Notes: generated by a model not told the origin, from the letters alone. A DNA stretch of 64,000 bases from an uncultured Aminicenantes bacterium (GCA_965195285.1 CBDAFS010000049.1:1-64000); one strand, 5' to 3'; positions 17,225 to 27,610 are shown, counted from the first letter of the stretch. Numbers and translations are program-made.

Positions 17225-19217
17225 CTGTATTTTCCTCCTTTGAATTTTTCTTTTTTATTTCATTGACGGGAAGAGATATTACAATAGTTGTACCTTTTCC
17301 TACCTTGCTTTGTGCGCGAATAGATCCCTTATGTTGCTGGACAATCCCATAACTGATTGAAAGTCCCAGTCCTGTTCCTTCCTGCCCTCTTGTGGTAAAA
17401 AAAGGATCGAAGATTTTTCCTACATTTTCTTCGGAAATTCCAATTCCGTTGTCTGTAAAATTTATTTCAATGAATCGTTTGTCTTCGGATAGTCGGGAAT
17501 CAATGGATAAGTTGCCTTGCCTGGGAATTGCCTCCATTGCATTGATGATGACATTGGCAAATACCTGTTTGATTTTATTCATATCAATCATTATCATTGG
17601 GAGTTTTGAATCCAGGTTCTTTTTTATATTTACTTTATGCATTAAGACATGGTTTTTTAATAACGACAGTGTTTTTTCAATAACATCATTAATATCTGCA
17701 AGGTTTTTTTCAGGAGGGTTTTGTCTTGAAAACTCCAGAAGGCTTTTTACAATTGTACTGCAGCGAGAAGTTTCATCTATGATTAAATTTAAGTTTTCTT
17801 TATAATGGTTATTCTGTTTAAAATTTTTTGAAATGAGGTGTGCATTAATCAATATTGAGGTTAAAGGGTTATTGATTTCATGGGCTATCCCGGCGGCCAG
17901 CTTTCCCAATGAACTCATTTTTTCTGCATGGATCAATTGATCTTGAGCCTTTTTTAGTTCTATACTTTTTGCTCTCACTTTTTTTTCCAAACTTTTGTTT
18001 AATATCAGATATTTTTTGTTAACTTTTTGCAGTTCGTAAGTCATCTTATTAAATGAATCGGTCAATTGCCCAATTTCATCATTTGAAATAATTTTTACTT
18101 TATGGGAAAAGTCTCCCTCTGTTACTTTCTTCGTTGCAAACAGCAATTTTTTTAATGGGTTTGTTATCATTTTTGTAGTGGAATATGCAATAATGAATAG
18201 TAGAATCACACTGATTAAGGCAATTCCAAAAAAGGTAATCACAACACGATTTTTAAGGTCCAAATAGGGGGCTTCCAGCATGCCAACATAAATCATTCCG
18301 ATAATTTTCCCGTTCAGATTTCTAAGAGGTTCGTAAGCTGTTCTATACCATTCGTTTACAACAAAAGCCCTTCCAATCCATGGAACACCTTTTAGCACAA
18401 CCTGTTCATATACTTCCTGGGACACAAGGGTTCCGATAGCCCTTGTTCCATCAGATCTTTTCACATTGGTGGATATGCGAAGATCATCTTGAAAAATTGT
18501 TACCGTTCCAACATCTTTTCCTTTATGTCTTTCTCCTCTATAAACGATATCTTTTACTTTATCAACAATCTCAAAGTTTTTATTAATCAGTTTTCCCCCA
18601 TATAAGATACCGATCAATTCATTTTTATATCCAAAAATTGGCGCTGCTGCTTCAATGATCATGCCTGAAGTTTCTTCAACGGTTGACCTTGATCTTGCTT
18701 TCGGAGTCGGAATTAATCTGATTTTTGCCTGTTGAGCAAGTGTATAACTTTCTTTTTCTAAATTTTCTCCAGTGATTATTTGAGTGGATACAACATCCTT
18801 TTTATTTGTCAAGACGTATTTTACTATACTATCACCAATATATTTTTCCTGGTTTGATGGAAACCTGGATCGCAAAAGAATATGTCCATTTTTATCAAAT
18901 AAAGTAAGTATATCCAATGCTTCATTTTTTCTGATTTCGTGCAATTCTTTTTTTAATCTTTGCCACTTATTTTTTAGAATTGAATCCTTTAAAAAAAATC
19001 TTAATGCTGTTAGCCGGACACTGTTTTTTATTGTAGTACATTCTGTTTGATATATTTCCCTGGCAGAATTAAGGTCAAGTCTTACCTTATCCTGGGCTTG
19101 TTTGACTATGGTATTTCCGATTAATTTTATCCCTGTTATTACAGATAAGGAAATACCGATTAATATAATTGTAGAGAAACTGAAAATGAGTTTGGTCCTG
19201 AGAGAGAAATTGTTCAT
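17214..19217 (-). CDS. Membrane sensor histidine kinase (Cache-type sensor, HAMP, HisKA, HATPase)
   Basis: Two TMs, RISTNV...RAIGT Cache motif, DEIGQL HAMP, AHEINNPL, NAMEA, DNGIG, GTGLGL. Confidence 0.92.
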   Translation of the reverse strand: MNNFSLRTKLIFSFSTIILIGISLSVITGIKLIGNTIVKQAQDKVRLDLNSAREIYQTECTTIKNSVRLTALRFFLKDSILKNKWQRLKKELHEIRKNEALDILTLFDKNGHILLRSRFPSNQEKYIGDSIVKYVLTNKKDVVSTQIITGENLEKESYTLAQQAKIRLIPTPKARSRSTVEETSGMIIEAAAPIFGYKNELIGILYGGKLINKNFEIVDKVKDIVYRGERHKGKDVGTVTIFQDDLRISTNVKRSDGTRAIGTLVSQEVYEQVVLKGVPWIGRAFVVNEWYRTAYEPLRNLNGKIIGMIYVGMLEAPYLDLKNRVVITFFGIALISVILLFIIAYSTTKMITNPLKKLLFATKKVTEGDFSHKVKIISNDEIGQLTDSFNKMTYELQKVNKKYLILNKSLEKKVRAKSIELKKAQDQLIHAEKMSSLGKLAAGIAHEINNPLTSILINAHLISKNFKQNNHYKENLNLIIDETSRCSTIVKSLLEFSRQNPPEKNLADINDVIEKTLSLLKNHVLMHKVNIKKNLDSKLPMIMIDMNKIKQVFANVIINAMEAIPRQGNLSIDSRLSEDKRFIEINFTDNGIGISEENVGKIFDPFFTTRGQEGTGLGLSISYGIVQQHKGSIRAQSKVGKGTTIVISLPVNEIKKKNSKEENTDEI

Positions 19218-19234
19218 TTATCCCCGAATAGAAT

Positions 19235-20278
19235 TTATTCTAGAAAACAATCAATTTTCAGGTTTTCATTGATGAGTTGAGTTAGTATGTTAATTTTTTC
19301 CTGGCTGTTTTCTGTTAGTAAAGCCTCTATTCTATCTGTTTGTTTGGCTATTTCAAAGGTATCACTTTCAACCAATAAGAGAGGGATATCCTTGTCTGAG
19401 GCTTGAGAAATTATGTTTGAAGGAGGAACAATGTTATTGGTTAAGATGATCCCAGCTGTATCACTGTCAATGGCAGCCAGAATCATATCGTTGCGATCCC
19501 CGCTGGTGATCAGCAATTTTTGGGTTTGATTGAACTGGGGATTCCTTAAGGCACTACTGGTTGACATGGCTCCCACAAAGATCTTTTTGATAATATTTTC
19601 CAGGCCGTTTTCTCCGGCTATGACCTTGGCGGCCATTTTTTTTGAAAGATAACTGACTGAAAAATAAGTGAGCTGTTCCCGGTAGGGGATGATGCCCAGC
19701 ACCTTGACGCCCAAATCGGTGATCATGGGCAGAAAGAAATCCGAAAAATTATTTACATCCCGGACTTTGTTTAGGATGACCCCGCCCAAATTGATATCAT
19801 TCCAATCGAGGTATTTTTTTAAATAGACGATATCGTCCATGATGGTCTCGTTATCGCCGCTGATGACAAAAACCATCTGGGCTTCCAGATCCCTGGCCAT
19901 GGATATGGAGTCCAGGTGAATCGATGTTCCGTAAGCCAGATGTTTACCGCCTTCGATGATCAATGCCTGTTTACCGGCTCCTGAAATTTCTGCCATTTGC
20001 AGCAGTTTCTCCTTTACGGTTTCCCGGGTGTAAACGTACCTCAATTTTGAATGATTGAATCCAAGGGTGATATCCTCGGATTCGATCTCGGCATCCAACT
20101 TCCATAGGTTTTTTATCAGAAAACAATCATAATCCCAATTCTTTTTCCTGCGGTATACCAGCCGGTCACCGAATGGTTTCATAAACCCGAGATTCATCTT
20201 AAATGCCGAAGCCATTCCCACGATCAAGCTGGTTTTACCGGCGCCCTCGCGGGTTGATGCCATTAATATTTTTTTCAT
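19235..20278 (-). CDS. DRTGG-domain protein (phosphotransacetylase N-terminal / BioD-like family)
   Basis: GAGKTS P-loop, GFMKP, IIEG, GVILN, VGAM, ITSGDRND. Confidence 0.8.
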   Translation of the reverse strand: MKKILMASTREGAGKTSLIVGMASAFKMNLGFMKPFGDRLVYRRKKNWDYDCFLIKNLWKLDAEIESEDITLGFNHSKLRYVYTRETVKEKLLQMAEISGAGKQALIIEGGKHLAYGTSIHLDSISMARDLEAQMVFVISGDNETIMDDIVYLKKYLDWNDINLGGVILNKVRDVNNFSDFFLPMITDLGVKVLGIIPYREQLTYFSVSYLSKKMAAKVIAGENGLENIIKKIFVGAMSTSSALRNPQFNQTQKLLITSGDRNDMILAAIDSDTAGIILTNNIVPPSNIISQASDKDIPLLLVESDTFEIAKQTDRIEALLTENSQEKINILTQLINENLKIDCFLE

Positions 20279-22410
20279 TAACTTTCCTCCTCTGGCTTTC
20301 TGATGAGTATCCGGACATCCAAAGCCCTCAGTCCTTTATCCTTTTCGTAAATCACAATCGGATTTATTTCGATATCGGTTATTTGATTGCATTTGCTAAT
20401 GATGGAACCGACCTTGATGATGGTGTCAACCACTCCCTCGATGTCTCTTTTTTTCTCACCCCGGACCCCCATGAGAACCGGAAAGGATCGTATTTCCTTC
20501 ATCATTTTTAAAACCTCTTTCCGGTTGACCGGAAGTCCTCGAAATACGACATCTTTGATGACTTCAACATATATTCCACCCATTCCGCACATGACTATGG
20601 GACCGAAGGATCGGTCCATCCGGGCACCCACGATCAATTCAATGTCTTTTTCGACCATTTCGGAGATTTCGATTCCATCGATGGAGGCGTTGGGATTGTA
20701 ATTCTGGGAATTCTGGAGAATGGCTTCATAAGCATCAATAACTTCATTTTTATTAAGCAGATCCAGTAAAACTCCTCCGGCATCGCTCTTATGAAGAATA
20801 TCCCGGGAGACCACTTTCATGACCACTGGATATCCGATGGACTCGGCATACTGTACCGCCTGATCAATGTTTTTGGCAATCCTGCTTTTGGGCATCTGAA
20901 TACCCGCGGCTTCCATAATCCCGGCGCTTTCATGGGATAATAAAAATGATCGTTGTTCGTCCAGAGCCGGGCCGATGATCCGGTTGATTCTGTCCACATC
21001 GATGTGGGCGGTATCGACAGTATCCGATTTTTCCCTTAAATATTGCTGGTATTGAAATGCTATACCCAGGGATGAAACCGCATCATACACTTCACCGTAA
21101 ACCGGTACGTTTTTTTTTCTTAAGGTGGAAATGGCCTTTTCAACATCTTCGCCACCGACAAAAGCGTAACTGATGGGCTTTCCGGCTGACTTGTGGGCCT
21201 CGAAGGTCTGAGTGATCATGGGGACCAGGTTTTCGGAGTCAAAGGTTGACGTTTCACAGTATAATGCGATGGTGGCATCCATATTTTTGCTGTTAACCGG
21301 TGCGGTGAGTGCCTGCTGGTAGTGATCGGAGTTGGCGCCTCCGGTGATGTCAATGGGATTTTTAGTTGAACCGAAACTGGGAACTTCTGAACCGAACACC
21401 TGCTTCAGAACGGTCTGATCATCATAGAGGTCGATACCGTATTTTTCAGATGTGTCGGTTGCCAGGACGCCAACCCCGCCTCCGTTGGTGATGATAACCG
21501 TCTGATTCCCCCTGGGTCTGGGCGAAAAGGCCAGGAATTTGGCCCAGTTAAAGGCCTGGTTCAGGGTTTCGGCCCGGATGACTCCGCATTGTTTCATGAT
21601 GGCATCGAAAATTTCATCAGATCCGGCCAAAGAACCGGTGTGGGATGCCGCAGCCATGGCGCCCCGTTTGGAGCGGCCGGATTTAATGACAATAATGGGT
21701 TTTTTTTCCGTAGCCCATTTTAGGGTCTCGATCAATTTCCGGCCATTTTTGACTCCCTCGATATACATCAATATTACCCGGGTTTCTTTTTGGGGGATAA
21801 GGTATTTCAGGAGATCAGTTTCGTCGATATCACATTTGTTTCCGGTGGATACGATGGCAGACAGGCCGATATTATCCACCGCGGTTTTTCCGATCATGGC
21901 CACGCCCAAGGCACCACTCTGGGTCAATATAGCTACATGGCCGGGCATGATTCGGGTCGCGGAAAAAGTCGCATTCATGGAACAGGCCGCTGAATACAAT
22001 CCGAAGATATTGGGGCCGAGAATTCTGATTCCCTGGCTTCTGGCGATTTCTACGATTTTTTTTTCCGCTTCGATATTCCCGACTTCTGAAAAACCGGAAG
22101 TGATAATTTGAATATGCCTGACTGCATGCCGGGCACATTTTTCAACACTCTCAATGACGAATTTGGCGGGTACGGTAATGGTTACCAGGTCGACTCTATC
22201 CTCTATGTCGGCAATATCCGGGTAGACTTTACAGCCCAGAATTTCTCCGCCCCTGGGGTTGACCGGGTAGATCTTTCCCGTGTAACCTCCGGAAATGAGG
22301 TTGTCGATGATGGTATGACCGATCTTGCCTTTGGTACCGGAAGCACCGATAACAGCCACATTCCGGGGTTCAAAGAGATATCGGATGGAATGGTCATCCC
22401 CGTTTTTCAT
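20278..22410 (-). CDS. ADP-forming acetate/acyl-CoA ligase (alpha-beta fusion)
   Basis: VAVIGAS, GPNIFG, SGALG, ASHTGSLAG (phospho-His), NPIDI, ATP-grasp with HKSDAGGV and EINP. Confidence 0.88.
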   Translation of the reverse strand: MKNGDDHSIRYLFEPRNVAVIGASGTKGKIGHTIIDNLISGGYTGKIYPVNPRGGEILGCKVYPDIADIEDRVDLVTITVPAKFVIESVEKCARHAVRHIQIITSGFSEVGNIEAEKKIVEIARSQGIRILGPNIFGLYSAACSMNATFSATRIMPGHVAILTQSGALGVAMIGKTAVDNIGLSAIVSTGNKCDIDETDLLKYLIPQKETRVILMYIEGVKNGRKLIETLKWATEKKPIIVIKSGRSKRGAMAAASHTGSLAGSDEIFDAIMKQCGVIRAETLNQAFNWAKFLAFSPRPRGNQTVIITNGGGVGVLATDTSEKYGIDLYDDQTVLKQVFGSEVPSFGSTKNPIDITGGANSDHYQQALTAPVNSKNMDATIALYCETSTFDSENLVPMITQTFEAHKSAGKPISYAFVGGEDVEKAISTLRKKNVPVYGEVYDAVSSLGIAFQYQQYLREKSDTVDTAHIDVDRINRIIGPALDEQRSFLLSHESAGIMEAAGIQMPKSRIAKNIDQAVQYAESIGYPVVMKVVSRDILHKSDAGGVLLDLLNKNEVIDAYEAILQNSQNYNPNASIDGIEISEMVEKDIELIVGARMDRSFGPIVMCGMGGIYVEVIKDVVFRGLPVNRKEVLKMMKEIRSFPVLMGVRGEKKRDIEGVVDTIIKVGSIISKCNQITDIEINPIVIYEKDKGLRALDVRILIRKPEEES

Positions 22411-24283
22411 TGCTTTCTCTAAAGTTCATGACCAGTGAATAAGAGCCGCTTTCAATGATCTTGTGCATGTCGAATCCCATTTTTTCGAAGACACTCAACA
22501 TCGGTTTGTTTTCAAGGAGCACTTCGGCCGTGAATCCCAGAAGTCCATCATTTTTGGCCAGCTGGGTGAGATAGGTCAGCAGTACGGTCCCCACTCCGCG
22601 GTGCTGGAAGTCTTCGCGTACGGTGAAAGCCACCTCGGCGGTATGGGTATTTTCATCTTTAATAAACTGGCCCATGCCAATGGCGATTTCTTTATGGTTT
22701 TGTTCAATGGTGGCCAGGATAATCATTTCCTCAGAATAGTCAATGATCACGAATTCCTGCCTCATTTTATGGGGAACATCTTTTCTCATGGACATGAATC
22801 GCCTCTCCAGGCTCTGATCTGAAAGGGAGTAAAAAAGATCCTTTATCAGGGGTTCATCGTTGATTCTCACCGGCCTCATCAATATGGGCAGGCCTGACCG
22901 GGTGGTCCGGTAAGTTTCCAGGTGTTCGGGATACTCTCCCTGCTTGCCGGGAATGAATGCCTGGTCCTTATAAATCAGGTTTATTTTTTTTGCTTCCTCA
23001 ATTAGCCAGAGCCTGAATTTGGGGTGGGCAATGGAAATGATATCCATGGCCCGCTCCCGGATATTTTTACCGTGAATATAGGCAATGCCGTATTCGGTGA
23101 CAATGTAATGGATGTCGCCCCGGTTTAAGGTCACACCGGTTCCTTTATCCAGAAAGGGAACAATTCGGGAGACGTCACCGTTTTTGGCTGTTGTCTGAAG
23201 CAACAGTATGGTTTTCCCTCCCGGGGCCAGAACCGAGCCCCTCATGAAGTCAGCGCTTCCTCCGATACCGCTGTAAAAGGTGTTGCCGATTGATTCGGCA
23301 GTTGCCTGACCGGTCAGGTCTATCTGAAGCGCCGAATTGATTGCGGTAATATTATTGATTCGGGAAATAACCAGGGGATTATTGGTATAATCAATGGTTC
23401 TGAATTCGAATAGAGGGTTGTCATCAATGTATTTGTAGGTTTTCTCAGTCCCCATACAAAAGGAGGCTATCGTTTTACCCTTGTTCAAATTCTTTTTGGA
23501 ATTGTCAATAACTCCGGCCTGAATCAATTCAACGATTGAATCGGTGAGCAGTTCGGTATGGATACCGATATGATTTTTATTTTTCAGACAGTTTAACACC
23601 GCATTTGGCACGCTTCCGTAACCCAGTTGAATGGTATCACCGTCCTTGATGATTTGGGTGACATGCTTCCCGATGTCCCGGGCAATTTTATCGGGGATAG
23701 TGGGTGAAAACTCCAGCAGTTTTTCATCATGGTTGACAATGAAATCGATATTTTTTATATCAATGAAGCTGTTGCCATGGGTGCGGGGCATATGGGAATT
23801 GGTCTGGGCGATGATTATCGAGGCATTTTCAACGGCAGTCATGGTGATATCCACACTGATTCCCAGACTAACTTGACCGTTTTTATCAGGTACCGACGTT
23901 TGAATGAGGGCAACGTCAATCGGGATTCTTTTGCTGTTCAGCAGGCTGGGTACCTGGGAGAGAAAAATCGGGGTGTAATCAGCAAGTCCGGAATTGACCG
24001 AATTGCGGGTGTTATCGCCCACAAAAAAAGAGTTATGCCGGAAATTGTAGGTAAAACTTTCATCGGCATAGGGGGCAACTCCCAGGGTCCAGATATGAAA
24101 CACCTCGGCATCGGCAAAGGCCTTGGGGTAATTTCTTACATATTTGATCAAGGCATTGGTAAGATATTGAGGCTGCCCGCATGCAGTACTTATAAATATC
24201 CGATCTCCCCGGTGAATATTGCTGAATATTTTTTCTTCCGGTGCAAATTTTTCCGGGTATTTTTGTTTCCACTTATCAATCAT
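22394..24283 (-). CDS. Acetyl-CoA hydrolase/CoA-transferase fused to a C-terminal GNAT acetyltransferase
   Basis: QLGYG, GIHTE, SGIGGSADF, VTEYGIA; GNAT AEVAF...FQHRGVG...NKPMLSVFEKMGF. Confidence 0.88.
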   Translation of the reverse strand: MIDKWKQKYPEKFAPEEKIFSNIHRGDRIFISTACGQPQYLTNALIKYVRNYPKAFADAEVFHIWTLGVAPYADESFTYNFRHNSFFVGDNTRNSVNSGLADYTPIFLSQVPSLLNSKRIPIDVALIQTSVPDKNGQVSLGISVDITMTAVENASIIIAQTNSHMPRTHGNSFIDIKNIDFIVNHDEKLLEFSPTIPDKIARDIGKHVTQIIKDGDTIQLGYGSVPNAVLNCLKNKNHIGIHTELLTDSIVELIQAGVIDNSKKNLNKGKTIASFCMGTEKTYKYIDDNPLFEFRTIDYTNNPLVISRINNITAINSALQIDLTGQATAESIGNTFYSGIGGSADFMRGSVLAPGGKTILLLQTTAKNGDVSRIVPFLDKGTGVTLNRGDIHYIVTEYGIAYIHGKNIRERAMDIISIAHPKFRLWLIEEAKKINLIYKDQAFIPGKQGEYPEHLETYRTTRSGLPILMRPVRINDEPLIKDLFYSLSDQSLERRFMSMRKDVPHKMRQEFVIIDYSEEMIILATIEQNHKEIAIGMGQFIKDENTHTAEVAFTVREDFQHRGVGTVLLTYLTQLAKNDGLLGFTAEVLLENKPMLSVFEKMGFDMHKIIESGSYSLVMNFRESNEKRG

Positions 24284-24364
24284 ATTTTTTCGGGTGATAA
24301 GGCATCTTTATTGTTTAAGCCGGCCAATGGTTTGATTCCGTTTTTATTTAATTTAAAAGTACTT

Positions 24365-24577
24365 TTAAAAATAACCGAGGTTTTGTAGCCTTTTTTTTAT
24401 CGCCTCTGTTTCTTCTTTGCTTAGTTCTTCTTTTGAACTTATATCCATTGAAACCAGGTCTCTTAAAATGTAAACGATGAATTCATTAACACTACTAAAT
24501 CCGCTTTCATTGATCACTTTTTTCAAACGGTTGTACAGAGGTCTTGGAATTTTCAGGGTGACTTTATCTTTTGACAT
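24365..24577 (-). CDS. CopG/ribbon-helix-helix DNA-binding protein with C-terminal RLxxLGY tail
   Basis: VTLKIPRPLY...GFSSVNEFIVYILR...IKKRLQNLGYF. Confidence 0.75.
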   Translation of the reverse strand: MSKDKVTLKIPRPLYNRLKKVINESGFSSVNEFIVYILRDLVSMDISSKEELSKEETEAIKKRLQNLGYF

Positions 24578-24660
24578 TCATTCAAATTTTACTCCTTATG
24601 GGTGTTAAAGTCAATTTTCTGACACGGTCTTGGTTAAAGAATATGAATTGATGAGATGTT

Positions 24661-25764
24661 TTATTCAAGATATCCAAGCTGACTCAGTTTTTGTCTTATG
24701 TTTTCAGACCCTTCCGGAGCATTGAAAATTTTGGTTTTTAAAAAGCCCACATAAACTCTCTGTCCTTTGGTAATTTTTTTATCTTGAAACCTGTTTTTTT
24801 CTTCATAGGCCTTTATTTTTAGATTCCCCACCATAATATGAATTTCATATACACTTCCCTGGTAATAGATTTCCTGTACATCTCCCTGGAGAGGGCATTT
24901 CCTTTCTTTCCTTGGAGAAAGCAGAATGTCCTCTGGCCTGGCCAGAAGCACTATAGATCCTTTCCGGACAGGAGGAGTTGCCTGAACATTCAGTTCCCCC
25001 CCCGTTTTTTCAATAATTATTTTATTGTTTTCGTACCTGCCAACAATAACATTGGTATTCCCGATAAAGCTGGCCACAAATTTGCTTTTCGGGTATTCGT
25101 AGACTTCTTTTGCAGTTCCGATCTGTTCAACTTTTCCCCGGTTGATGGCCACTATTTTGTCAGCAATTTTGATGGCTTCATTCTGATCATGTGTGACAAA
25201 TATACTGGTAACCTTGATTTTATTGTGAAGATTGCGTATCCAATTGGCCAGGTTGTCTCTGACTTTGGCATCCAGGGAACCAAAAGGTTCGTCAAGCAAC
25301 ATGATTTTCGGTTCCGGAGCCAAGGCTCGGGCAAGCGCAACCCTCTGGCGCTGTCCACCCGAGAGTTGAGAGGGGAAATGATTTTCATAACCTTTCAGGT
25401 TGACCAGGTTAATGAGATCTTTTACTTTTTGTTTTATGATAAATTTGTCCTTTTTTAAAATTTCAAGTCCAAAGGCAATATTTTTTTCTACTGTCATATG
25501 CTTGAAAAGCGCATAATGTTGAAATACGAAACCCACCTGTCGTTTTCGACTGGATATATCGGTTACATCTTTACCGAGAAGATATGTTTCTCCTTTATCC
25601 GGTTTTTCCAGACCGGCAATTATTCTGAGTATGGTACTCTTTCCTGAACCACTGGGGCCCAGCAGGGCAACCAGTTCGCCCTCCTTAGCTTGGAAACTGA
25701 CGTTATCTACCGCGACAAAATTTCCGAATCGTTTACAAAGTTCATGAACCCTGATGCTGACCAT
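24661..25764 (-). CDS. cysA: Sulfate ABC transporter ATP-binding subunit
   Basis: GPSGSGKS, FQHYALFKHM, LSGGQRQR, LLDEPFG, VTHDQ, TOBE-like C-terminus. Confidence 0.92.
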   Translation of the reverse strand: MVSIRVHELCKRFGNFVAVDNVSFQAKEGELVALLGPSGSGKSTILRIIAGLEKPDKGETYLLGKDVTDISSRKRQVGFVFQHYALFKHMTVEKNIAFGLEILKKDKFIIKQKVKDLINLVNLKGYENHFPSQLSGGQRQRVALARALAPEPKIMLLDEPFGSLDAKVRDNLANWIRNLHNKIKVTSIFVTHDQNEAIKIADKIVAINRGKVEQIGTAKEVYEYPKSKFVASFIGNTNVIVGRYENNKIIIEKTGGELNVQATPPVRKGSIVLLARPEDILLSPRKERKCPLQGDVQEIYYQGSVYEIHIMVGNLKIKAYEEKNRFQDKKITKGQRVYVGFLKTKIFNAPEGSENIRQKLSQLGYLE

Positions 25765-25765
25765 G

Positions 25766-26605
25766 TTAACCTTCTTTTTCTTTATAAATAAATTGAATGA
25801 TATGGATTACCAAGACAGAAATGAAAATGAGGACCAGGGAAGCGGAAAAAGCGCCGAGATAGTTTAAATCCGTGAATTGATCATGGATATACAGGGTGGC
25901 GCTCTGGGTTTTTTTTAAAATATTGCCACTCACCACCAGCACGGCACCGAATTCTCCGATAGAACGGGCAATGGTGAGGGTTAAACCGTAACCGAGCCCC
26001 CACTTTATGGTTGGCAGGGTGATTCTCCGGAAGATTTGCCAGCTGCTGGCACCCAGGACCCTTGCCGCTTCTTCCTGTTCTGTTCCGAATTGGCGAAGGA
26101 TAGGAATGATCTCTTTTGAAACAAAGGGCAGGGTTACAAAAAGGGTAGCGATAATCATACCCGGAAGGGCATAGGTAATTTTAATATTCAAATGGGTAAA
26201 AAATTTGCCCAGCCATCCATGGGGTCCGAATAAAATAATGAGCATGAATCCGACGACAACCGGCGAAATCGCAAAGGGAAGATCAAGTAAACTTTCCAGA
26301 ATCAACTTGCCCTTGAACTTCTGTCGGGTTAGTACCTGAGCCATAATAATTCCGAAGATGGTGTTGATAATGGCTACAATTATACAAATAAAAACGGTTA
26401 AGGTGAAAGCATGGATGGCAGTGGATGTGGTTAGCGAGGCAATTGCTTGTTTCCAGTTTTTAGATATGATTTGTTTAATGATTCCAAAAAAAGGGACCAA
26501 GATCAAACAGAAAAACCAGATGACAACTGCTGATATTAATAATGTTTCCGGCAAGCGATATTTCCCCTTTCTCCTTCTGGTTCGATTAAATTGAGTGTTA
26601 TTCAT
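25766..26605 (-). CDS. cysW: Sulfate ABC transporter permease
   Basis: DLPFAISPVV, EEAARVLGA, ARSIGEFGAV. Confidence 0.88.
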   Translation of the reverse strand: MNNTQFNRTRRRKGKYRLPETLLISAVVIWFFCLILVPFFGIIKQIISKNWKQAIASLTTSTAIHAFTLTVFICIIVAIINTIFGIIMAQVLTRQKFKGKLILESLLDLPFAISPVVVGFMLIILFGPHGWLGKFFTHLNIKITYALPGMIIATLFVTLPFVSKEIIPILRQFGTEQEEAARVLGASSWQIFRRITLPTIKWGLGYGLTLTIARSIGEFGAVLVVSGNILKKTQSATLYIHDQFTDLNYLGAFSASLVLIFISVLVIHIIQFIYKEKEG

Positions 26606-27422
26606 ATTTTTTTTTCCATTTCTGGAGGAAATTTAATATAAATATGATGGAAAACGAGGAAAATAAAAGGATTAAGGAAATGCCCAACGCTCCCGGAATA
26701 TTGCCGCTTTCAAATTCTCCGTAAATGTAAACGGATGCGACCTGGGTTTTCATGGGAATATTTCCGGCAACAATGACAATGGATCCGAATTCACCGAGGG
26801 CACGACTGAATGAGAGTGCTGTTCCGGTTAACATAGCCGGTGATAATTCCGGGAGAATAATTTTTAAAAAAATGGATAAAGGTGATGCGCCGAGAGATTT
26901 GGCCGCTTCTTCCATATCTTTCTCCATGGCAATAATTACCGGTTGAACCGACCGAACCACAAAGGGGAAGGTGACAAATAATAGGGCCAACATGATACCG
27001 GGTTTGTCAAATATTACATGAATTCCAAGGCGGGAAAAAAATTGACCGAGCACACTCCGGGGACCGTAAATTGATACCAGCATGATCCCGGTTACCACGG
27101 TTGGGATGGCGAAGGGGAGATCAATCAATGTGTTCATGGTTTTTTTTAGCGGGAAATCATATCGTACCAGAACCCAGGCTGTGGCTGTTCCGGTTATGCA
27201 GTTTATGACGGCAATAATAAGGGATAAGAAAAAAGTTAATTTCAATGAATATAAGGCTTGGGGCTGGAAAATATGGCTCCATAGACTGGAAAGATTGGTT
27301 TTAAAAACAATTGAAATTAAAGCCAATATGGGTAGTAAAATAATGATGCCTATATAAAAGAGTGACAGGCTACGGAGATATAGGCCATTTTTTTTGAAAC
27401 GATCGCCGATATGATTGCTCAT
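26598..27422 (-). CDS. cysT: Sulfate ABC transporter permease
   Basis: DLPFAIPTVVTG, EEAAKSLGA, RALGEFGSIV, GNIPMKT. Confidence 0.88.
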   Translation of the reverse strand: MSNHIGDRFKKNGLYLRSLSLFYIGIIILLPILALISIVFKTNLSSLWSHIFQPQALYSLKLTFFLSLIIAVINCITGTATAWVLVRYDFPLKKTMNTLIDLPFAIPTVVTGIMLVSIYGPRSVLGQFFSRLGIHVIFDKPGIMLALLFVTFPFVVRSVQPVIIAMEKDMEEAAKSLGASPLSIFLKIILPELSPAMLTGTALSFSRALGEFGSIVIVAGNIPMKTQVASVYIYGEFESGNIPGALGISLILLFSSFSIIFILNFLQKWKKKYE

Positions 27423-27456
27423 GTATAATTTGTTTTTTTAGTAAAGGCTAAAATCA

Positions 27457-27492
27457 TACTCTAATTATAGTATATTTATGTTATTTTTTCAA
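27457..27492 (-). promoter_or_regulatory. cysT promoter with palindromic operator
   Basis: Minus-strand TTGAAA (27492-27487), 17 nt, TATAAT (27469-27464) within TACTCTAATTATAGTA (27457-27472). Confidence 0.7.
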
Positions 27493-27555
27493 CCTGAATC
27501 AAATTTCTGAAAACAACACATTGGTCAGGTTATTTTTTTTATTACATTTTTTCGG

Positions 27556-27590
27556 TTGAAAAATATTCCATTTGTACTATAATTAGAGTA
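27556..27590 (+). promoter_or_regulatory. Porin promoter with the same palindromic operator
   Basis: TTGAAA (27556-27561), 16 nt, TATAAT (27578-27583) within TACTATAATTAGAGTA (27575-27590), exact reverse complement of the cysT site. Confidence 0.7.
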
Positions 27591-27610
27591 TATTTTATAG
27601 TGGAGGTAAA

